Assembly: GCF_009914755.1 (NCBI RefSeq)
Contig: NC_060929.1
Reading direction: 5' to 3' (one strand)
DNA: 64,000 bases
Origin: the human T2T-CHM13v2.0 reference genome, Homo sapiens
Shown: positions 54,462 to 64,000 of the stretch, in pieces
Layout of the letters: the number at the start of each line of letters is the position of its first letter
Position numbering within the stretch: the first letter of the stretch is position 1
Notes under the pieces: generated by a model
Databases searched by the model: none
Told to the model about the DNA's origin: nothing
The model's input: the letters and a program-made list of their open reading frames with translations, nothing else
Made by a program: the position numbers and the translations under genes

Positions 54462-54493
54462 GCCATGGAGCCATGGAGCCATGGAGCCATGGA
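54462..54493. repeat. (GCCATGGA)4 short tandem repeat
   Basis: Four perfect 8-mers, preceded by (tgccc)-like units. Confidence 0.92.
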
Positions 54494-54579
54494 TGAAGGT
54501 GCAGCAGCAATAGCAGCACTTGTACTGTTTTGAGGAAGCAGAGACCAGAAGGCCTAAGCATTCATCTCATGTAGTGTGG

Positions 54580-54949
54580 TGTATTAGTCCTTCCTCACAC
54601 TGCTAGAAAGATATTATCTGAGACTGGGTAATTTATAAACAAAGGAGTTTTAACTGACTCACAGTTTTGCATGGCTGGGTAGGCCTCAGGAAACTTACAA
54701 TCATGGTGGAAGGGGAAGCAGGCATGTCTTACATGGTGGCAGGTGAGAAAGAGAGTGAGCAACAGCAGGGAAAACTGCCTTATAAAACCATCAAGTCTTG
54801 TGAGAACTCACTATCATGAGACCAGCATGGGGGAAACCACCCCCATGATCCAATCACCTCCCACCTGGTCCCTCCCTCGACATGTGGGGATTATGGGGAT
54901 TACAATTCGAGATGAGATTTGGGTGAGAACACAGAGCCAAACCATATCA
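54580..54949 (-). mobile_element. THE1 (C/D-like) MaLR solo LTR
   Basis: tgtattagtcc...gagactgggtaatttataaa...ggcctcaggaaacttacaatcatgg...cacagagccaaaccatatca. 5-bp TSD tgtgg/tgcag, both derivable from tgcgg. Confidence 0.92.
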
Positions 54950-55724
54950 TGCAGTAACATTGGAGTATTTCACCTGCTGCAGCCACTCTCTTGTTTTATT
55001 ACCTATAAAAATTAGAGAGGGTTAAATAAATATTTATAAATTCCCTTCTACCTCTATCACTTTAATAATTTGGAGAATCTTTATTGAACCTGTTACTTTT
55101 TCTTGCTGTCTGAAAGAAATAAGGAGAGACATTTATTTACATGTTACATCCAGTTTTGCTCCTGGAAGAATTTTGGGATGATAGAAAATAATAATAAAAT
55201 GCAAGGGCATTTGGATAGAGAAGTGAGAAGCGATGTTATGTTACCTTTCCTTGATGGACATTTCTTTGTTGTGAGCTGGAAATCCTGGAAGCATTTGGTT
55301 GAGCTGTATGCTCTGGGAAAGTTCTTTTCCTGAGTGGATCTCAGAATCATTCTTAAGAAGGACAGATTAGCGCACCAGAAGCTAACAGTAAAGAAACTAA
55401 TACCTGGGGATAAAAAGTGACTTCTCCAAAGTTATAGAGACTGTTGGAGTCAAGAGGAGGAGAAAAACTCCAGGAGTCTCAGGTACCAGCAGATACTCCC
55501 ACCTGGTATAATTTTGGGATTGTGATGTAAAACTTAGGTTCTAAGCTTTTAGTCAGTGGATTTTCTTATCTACAAAATGAAAGCTTCCAGGTAAGATCAA
55601 CTTCAGAAGGTCTTTGTTCATGTGTGTTTACTAGTAAGATTTTAATCTTTTCTCCATAATGGTTTCTTAAACATCATAAGGCAGAGTAGCACAGCAATGT
55701 GTTAATAGATAGTAGGCAAAAAAC

Positions 55725-55865
55725 CCAGTGAAATGCACAACTTTTGGCTCCATCTCAAAGATTCTAGTTTGATGGTCCAGGATGGGACTAAAGAGTTTGC
55801 ATTTTTAACAAGTATCCCAAATGCCATTGATATAGCTGACCATAGACCACATTTTGAAAAACATA
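55725..55865. mobile_element. MER5-type MITE nested in a MIR (~55680-56080)
   Basis: aaatgcaca...agattct...tttgcatttttaacaagtatcccaaatg...gaccacattttgaaaaac. A MIR core follows. Confidence 0.72.
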
Positions 55866-56699
55866 AGCATAGGCTTTGGAGACAGAAGAGTCTGGGTTCA
55901 GATCTTTCATTTGTCATTGCTCATATACCTGGGGCAAATTACTTAACATCCTTTGAGTTTCAGTTTCCCAATCTGTAAAAAGCAGTGATAATAATAATTA
56001 TACCTACTTCAGGGATTTCTGATAATTAAGACTTTATTTGTAAAGTGTCTAAGTACTTACTACAAGGGATCTTATTATCATTAATTTTTAACTAAACATT
56101 GGGCTCCATCTTTAAATTATCAGAATATTCTTTATAGAGAGTTTCCTGTCAAATCTTTAGCAAATATAGCTTGTAGTTAGCTAACTGTCATTTGCACTGA
56201 TCTTGTTAGAGTTGCACTTGGGGAACTAGCCATGCTACTGATCCATGTCTTTATGCAATTCCATTTTCAACTAGAGTATAAAGTTTATAATGCATAGACT
56301 GTTGAAATCATTTCTACATAATGGGGTCAACAATAAAAATTCTCCATTCTAATATTGGTAAGATGAAAGTATGCATACATTTCTATATTACATTTATTAA
56401 TAATTTCTCTTAATCAGCGTATGCACACATCCATTAGCCTAAACCAAATGTATGAGTCCATCCTTCCATACTTGTATAGTATAAGAAGAAACACATTATA
56501 TTATAATAATTTCCATCTATCTTGCCTCAACCATCAATACACACATTGATTTATTTATGTTAGTATGCCCAGTACCTAGAATGTTATCCGGCATATAGCA
56601 CTTGCTCAGTGAGTTTGTTAATTGATGAATTTTGTGAATGAATTACTACTAAAACTGATATGCTGTTATTGCAGTTCTTGCATCTTTTATAAATGATAA

Positions 56700-57101
<402 letters not shown>

Positions 57102-57299
57102 TGGGCATATGTTTTAAAGACATTTATGAAGCAACTTCTATTGTCTAATATGAGGACTTCCACTGAAGCATTCTTTCATGTGGGTCCTGTTCCTACATTG
57201 CAGATACACCCACCTGTTGTCCTCTAGTAAGCACTGTTATTTCTTTACTCGGCATGTATATCACTCTTCAGCTAGCAGATGCTAATTTCGTTCTCTATT

Positions 57300-57670
57300 C
57301 ATCTCTTTCGTAGCCCTGTGCTTCCAGAGAAGCTGGTCTTACCAGAAGCTCCAGGCTGGACCTGAGTGATGTGAGGGAAATTCTACTGACTTTGCCAGTG
57401 ATTAGCTTAGAATTACCTAAACTCAACACAGGTAAATGGGATGTCTGCCATAAGCTTTTTGTAAAAATTTCTAGGAATTACAATTCCTGAAGGAGAGATG
57501 ATTTTTTTTTCCTGTGGTTTGATGCCTGGAACTACTGCAACCAGTTGACCTCCAGCCTGAGGATGATGCAAACCTTGCTACTGAGTCACCCAGTCTTGAG
57601 GCTTGCTCCACCTCTGGACTTCCTGTTATGTGAGATGATAAATCTCTTGCTGATTAAGATCTTGTAATTG
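57300..57670 (+). mobile_element. Old MLT1 (J/K-like) LTR remnant
   Basis: gatgcctggaactactgcaacca...ccacctctggacttcctgttatgtgagatgataaatctctt. Confidence 0.55.
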
Positions 57671-60600
57671 AAACAGGCTCCCTTCAAATAGATCACTTTG
57701 CAAACTATGTTAACATAGTGGTTCCTGATAAAGGGAATCAAATTTCTGTGGTAAGAAGGGGTTCCTCAGGTTTTGCAAGCTGCTGGAGTCCACATGCACA
57801 TTAGGTATTATGGCTTGACTGCATAAATAGAGATACAACTTTTGAGTTGTGGAATTCTCAAAATTATTTGATAATGTTAATATAGGATGCTTTGAGAACA
57901 AAAAGTAAAGAAACAGCTGATATTGAGTCCTGGAAAATAAAGTTTATGTTTTAGAGAAAGTCCTTAATTAGGTCTGGACTTCTCCAGTTCCTATACAGGA
58001 GTCCTCAGGCAAAATACTTAACCTTATTAAACTTTAGATGCCTGTTTGTAAAATGACAAAAATCCCACCCTGACTTGCCTCTTTAGGAGTGTTGTTATGA
58101 GGCTGAAATGAGATATGGTAAGTAAAAGGGCTTTGTAAATAAGAAAAGCACTTCCCAGGCAGTAATTTGAGGAACTTTCTCCTTTTCTAAGTTTACCAGT
58201 TTTTTTTTCTCATTTACTTTCAATGCTAATAGTACTTCAGCATGAAAATGTCACTTCTACAAATCTTGAACCCCTAATTTATGCTAGACATTGTATACAC
58301 CAAGAGGATTATAGCTGATTATTCCTGTCTCATCTGTAAATTAAAGACTGGAAAATGACCACATCCTCAGTTCAAAGGCCTTTAATTCAAAAGTTTCATA
58401 TCTAGGATTGATAATGAAATCCCATAAGGAAAAAATGCACATGTATTTTCTATAGAAAATTCTGGCAGGGGTTGGAAAAAATAAGCAAAAATATATGCAA
58501 AACTTATTTGTTCTTTTAAAAAGTCACTTGAAACTTAAATCACAAAATGGAATGCTGAAAATCAGAATGCTAAGACTTAATAGCCATAGGCAAACGAGGT
58601 GAGCCATTTCACCTCCACGAATGTCAGCTGTGTGAACCTTGGCAGAAACATGCAGGAAGAAGGGGAAGGAGATGATTGTTCATAGGAAGTAAAATTGAAA
58701 CAGGTATGGTACACCCTATGGGAGTGCTGCTATAATAAGAGGGTGCAGTTTTGTTAAGCTGGGCACAGAGCCAAAGCAGAAATATGTATGAATATACATA
58801 CCTACATTTGTACGTGTATGTGTCCATAAATAGGTACATGCATAGTCACATATATATACATAAATATAGACATACACACATACATATATATGAATATATA
58901 CATACATATGTAGTATCTGAATTTTTATAATTACTGTATAGACTAATATTAATGCAGAATAAAATTGTTGCTAAATACACAACTTCATATGTTTCTTATA
59001 ACCTTGAGGCTTATATAGGGCTTATTGGTCTTTTTATCTGAGTAAAGAAACTGAAGCTCAGAAAGATTAACTGATTTATCCATGGTTGCAGAGCTGGTCA
59101 GGTTTTTTTTTTTTTTTCTTTAAACAAAAGGAGTATGATGCTGCTTTTTTTTTTTTTTCTTTACAGAAAGAGTTTGATCTAAACTGGTTAAGTTTGAGTT
59201 GGGATTTCAACTGATATGTAATTTTGGACTCAGAGTCCAGGGTTCACGCCCTTCTCTATCCAGGGTCGTAGAGTCTCAATGTTTCCAGGGATCTTAAAGT
59301 GGTCTGGTCTAACCTACCTTTAATTTAAGGACTAATCCTCCATTTGATTAATTAGTTGATCAGTTCGTCATTTCATACTCTTAAAAAAAAAAAGGAAACA
59401 GAAAAATGGTAGCCAGTTGAATATATCAATTTTTCACCATTCCTTCTCACCAAAGGAAACATTCACAATGCTCAAAACACAATAATCATCCTAGTATCTT
59501 GCTTTCATTTGCTGTAGTTCAAATTGACTACTCTTTTGTAGCATGCTAATAACATAAGATATAAAATAATAATAAGAAAAACATGAATTATATAACTCCT
59601 GAGAGGAAGGAAGAGTACATTGGGTTCTTGTGCCTCAGCTTTGACAATGACTCACTATGTGAGCTTGGGCAAGTCACTTATTCTTTCTGTGCCTCAGTTG
59701 CATCACCTATAAAATGAAGGCATTGGGAGAGATGCCACTTGAGGCCCTTCCTACTTAGTTTCTACACCGCTCTGAGAAGCCAAGTGGAGGGAACAGTGTC
59801 TCCAAGCAAGGGTACAGAATGAGTTGTCTATGGAGGTTTCTTGTCCACTTAGAAGTTTTCAGTGAAAAATACCAAGGGTTGGGCGAAACCTCCATGTTTC
59901 CTGAGTTTTCATCAACAGTGTTGATTGCATCTGCTATGCTGGGGCCTGGTCAGATGTTGACATGGCTCATCCAAAAATAGTTTGAGAAACCTAGGCTAAC
60001 CTTGGAAAAAATCTGTTTTACCACAGTAAACTTTCAATCCCATTAACAGAATTTTTCCTTTCCTGATTCCTGTCTAGAACCACCCAGGGCTCTTACTCAT
60101 TTTACTCTTACTTCATTCCTTTGTTCCTCTTCCTTCCATTAATTATATCGTGTCATTCAAATGCACCAGGTCATAGGCTCTGGATCACTGAATGTAACTG
60201 CCTCCTACACTGCATGGATTAGCATTGTTCTAGCATATGGGCTAATGTGGTATAAAGAGGTGGTGAGTAAGGGTGAAGAGAACGGTAACATCTTAGCCCC
60301 AAGCAATTGTACAGAGCTGCATTTGTATGCACTTCAACACAGTGATGTATTGAACTCTGCGTGTGTGTTTTCTATATGCCTTGTCTAGCTTAAATGTATT
60401 TGGTGTGAATTTAATGCATGAAGCTTTAGTGTTTGAGTCAGGAAACCTGGGTCTGGTCATGGCTTTGCTTCTGGCTAGCTATATTTAACCCAGACTATTC
60501 AAAGTAATTTTTTGTGTCTTGGCCACTCTCATATAGGGAGTGGGGCTTATGATCTATGTGGTGTCAATTCCACCAAGATTTTGGGAGGATCAAATAGATG

Positions 60601-60916
60601 ACATATTATATATTGGGATAATTCTAGGCATGGCCTGGTTAACTTCAGTGGGATTTAATGACTCGGAGAGGCTGGAACATGGGGCTCTATCCACCCACTG
60701 GGATGAGACAATGGCAAGCAGGAACTCAATCACAGATCATGCTGTTCGAAATTTTAGGCCAGCCAACATAATTCAATATTCATAGGAAGGTTATGATGAA
60801 AGGCAGGTGATGATTAAGTTAGCCTGTTTAGCTGTTAGTGAAGAACATGGATTTTAAAGTTTAACCAATCTGAGTTCAAATCTTTCATTTTTTAACTGTG
60901 TAAACTTGAGTCAGTT

Positions 60917-61166
60917 CGGGTTGAGCATCCCTAATCTGAAAATCTGAAATCTGAAATGCTCCAAAATCTGAAACTTTTTGAGCATCGACATGATGCTCAA
61001 AGGTCATGTCCAAAGAAAGCACTCACTAGAACATTTCACATTTTAGATTTTCAGATTAGGAATGCTCAACTGGTAAGTCTACGTGCAAATATCCCCAAAT
61101 CTGAAAAAATCTGAAACCCAAAACACTTCCCGTCCCAAGCATTTTGAATAAGAGATACTCAGCCTA
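60917..61166. mobile_element. Tigger4a/MER46A-type MITE nested in a MIR
   Basis: ggttgagcatccctaatctgaaaatctgaaatctgaaatgctccaaaatctgaaactttttgagc...gtcccaagcattttgaataagagatactcagcct. MIR halves on both sides. Confidence 0.88.
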
Positions 61167-62951
61167 TATGTAATCTCCTTGAGCCTCAGTTATCTCAACT
61201 GTAAAATGAAAGTAATAATATTTTTTGATAGTATTATTGTGAGATAATACACATAAAGCACTTGGAAAGCTCCTGGACACAGTCAGTTGTATTGCTGTTA
61301 TTATTAAGCTGTTCGCATTACAGGAGTTTGGCATTAAATTTTGGGGGAGTGCCTTCCTATGGAGGAGCTTGAGCATTATGGTAGGGGGTTGAGAGGACAA
61401 TATTTGGGCACCCAGTCAAGTTTACAGCCTCAGAGAACTCTATTAGCAAGGAATTAGGCTCTGCTTAATGTTCCGGGGCAGGACTCTAGGCTGTGGGCAC
61501 ATGGGGAGGAAGCAATGCAAAACCCCAGGCTCAAAAGGGCTGGGATTTTATTCAGGTAAATAAGACAGGGGACCAAGCAGAAGTCTAGTTGGCTACAACA
61601 GGTGAAGCAGAATCTCAAGAAGGGTGACTCATGGGGAGCCCTGGACACTAGGCTGAGAAGGATTTAAATCGGGAGCCCAGAAGCCTCAACAGCTAAAAGA
61701 ACATAGCAACAAATAACTGGCCGGGATCTGATGAAAAGTCTTCGAAGACCCTTTAAGAACTGCACAGTGCTAAACCTAATGTAAGATGGTATTAGTGTTT
61801 GCAGAAGGAATGCAGATGGGAGAAAGAGGAACATTGGCAATGTTGACCTGTAACATCATGGAAACACCTGCAAGGAAGCATCTATTCAAAAAAGAATACA
61901 CAAAGGCAGATAGCAGTCATGGGAGTAAGTTCTTGAGACACCAAATATTGGGTTATCATATGATACTCTTCTCTAAGGTAGTTTCAGCGTGTCAATCTGA
62001 TAAGACATGTTTGGCCTTCATTTCTTCTGTTTTCTTAAAGGGAACATTGACTTTGACTCTCCAGTGAATTAAACCACATAGATATGCACTGACAAGCACG
62101 TGTCCCATTTTTCATACATCATAAAGAGAATTTCAATTTCCACCAAATTCAACTCCTTTATTTAACAGATGAGGAACCTGTAGTGTAATGAAAAGGAGTT
62201 CTGGCCTCGTCTCTTAATGTGTGACCTCTTACGAACTACTTAAACTCCCTGAGCTATAGTCTTTTTTCATAGAAAAAAGAAGATAATTGCATCAGTATTC
62301 TCAGGGTTTTTGTGTTGATCAAATGAGATGTTGTATGTGAACGTACTTGTGAATGGTGAAGTGTAATTCATAGGTAACTGACTAATTGGTTGGTAAGATT
62401 CTGAGCTATATCTTGACTGGAGGATTAGTCTCTTTCCTGGTTATGGGAATATATTGGCTGGTGTTAACTGTTTGCCTTCCTAAATTCCATTAAAAATCTA
62501 AATCCTTGCTTTTTCCTGTTTATTCTCTTTGACCTGTGCTCCTCACATTTTTTGGTAATGAGAATTACCTTGTATTAATATGTAATTACCTCAGGGAACT
62601 TGTTAAAATGCAGCTCTTATAGCCCTTTCCCAAGAGATTCTGATGTAGTAGGTCTAATTTAGGGCCCAGGACTCCAATACTGGTGGGCCATGGATCTCAG
62701 TCACAGAAATTTGTGCCTGGTGAATTGTTTGCTTATTTAATGGTTGGCTGCACATGTTGTAGCACAAGGGCTCAAAGCTGGGAGTCTGAAAACCTGGAAT
62801 TTATACACGGCTGTGATACCAACATAATTATTGGTACAAGGTAGAAGTTAAATAAATATTTGTCTTAATGAGTGTATGAAATGGCTTGTCCTGTGACCTT
62901 GTATCTCTTTCCTTCAGTCTCTTCATTAGTAAAATGAAAAAGTTGAACTAG

Positions 62952-63260
<309 letters not shown>

Positions 63261-63652
63261 TGACCTTTCTAGCTCTTAGACCTACTGTGGAGACAAGTAA
63301 TAGCTTCTAGAAAGTTCCTTAAGCACCTTGAAAAGCTGCATTTATTCTTTCCAGCAAATAAATAATTTTCAGTATTATAATTTCATAGCTAAATTGGCAT
63401 CCTGTTGACTTGTGGTTAATGCAATTTAATAGTGTGACTAATTTCATCTCATAAAATTGTAGCAAAAGGGAGAATACTGTGGGTTAATTTCTTAAGATAA
63501 AATATGTAATTTTTAGAAATTTAGAAGTAACTCCTTAAAAGACTCCCATGCCTTTCTCATGCTATTAGCAAATAAGCATGTTCAATCTCAAGTTAATCTA
63601 CAGCTCTGGGATTCAGTAATCTAACTCATATTTAATAATACCAAATACCAGG

Positions 63653-63707
63653 CTGCCTTGGCCTCCCAAAGTGCTGGGATTACAGGAGTGAGCCATCGCG
63701 CCCGGCC
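63653..63707 (-). mobile_element. Alu 5'-terminal ~55-bp fragment
   Basis: ctgccttggcctcccaaagtgctgggattacaggagtgagccatcgcgcccggcc. No remainder, tail or TSD nearby. Confidence 0.88.
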
Positions 63708-64000
63708 ATCTTTTTTTTCTTTTATTTCTTTTTAGTTTTCTTCTTTTTTTTTAAACAGATGGCACAACTCTTCAAATCTTCAGTGCCTCTTATTAGGATT
63801 TTGGGATGACATTCAAAATATCTCATTATCTTTCTACATTCGAACTCGTCCTTTTCTGCTGTTACGCCTCTCTTCGGCAACAGTGGAGTTTTTGAATTTG
63901 TGATTGTCCATTGTTTTAGTTCAGCAGTTCCTTCTGCTTGGAGTGACCCTCATTTGACTGTTTCCACTTCTCAAAACTTAAATCCTTGTTCAAATGTCAC

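Overview
This is human, AT-rich, repeat-dense genomic DNA. The species call rests on an L1HS Ta-1 insertion. I found no recognisable host protein-coding exon, RNA gene or CpG island. The only long ORFs are LINE-1 ORF2 pieces. Main contents: (1) a young 2.5-kb L1HS Ta-1 with a twin-priming 5' inversion, a TSD, a canonical endonuclease site and an apparent short 3' transduction (4131-6640); (2) a two-LTR non-autonomous MER61-type ERV1 provirus with PBS, PPT, TSD and intact-looking splice and polyA signals (47346-52367); (3) a nested old L1/L1/Alu composite (34.3-37.6 kb); (4) several solo LTRs, nine Alu/FLAM copies (eight on the minus strand), DNA-transposon fossils, many MIR/L2/L3 relics, microsatellites and two ~90-105 bp tandem duplications. 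Other notable signals are a cluster of perfect, overlapping palindromes at 11.3-11.7 kb, a strand bias suggesting an intron of a + strand transcript, and some phase-compatible candidate + strand exons (speculative). I found no convincing new biological system. Repeat family names come from recalled consensus sequences, not from a search, and boundaries of old repeats are approximate.
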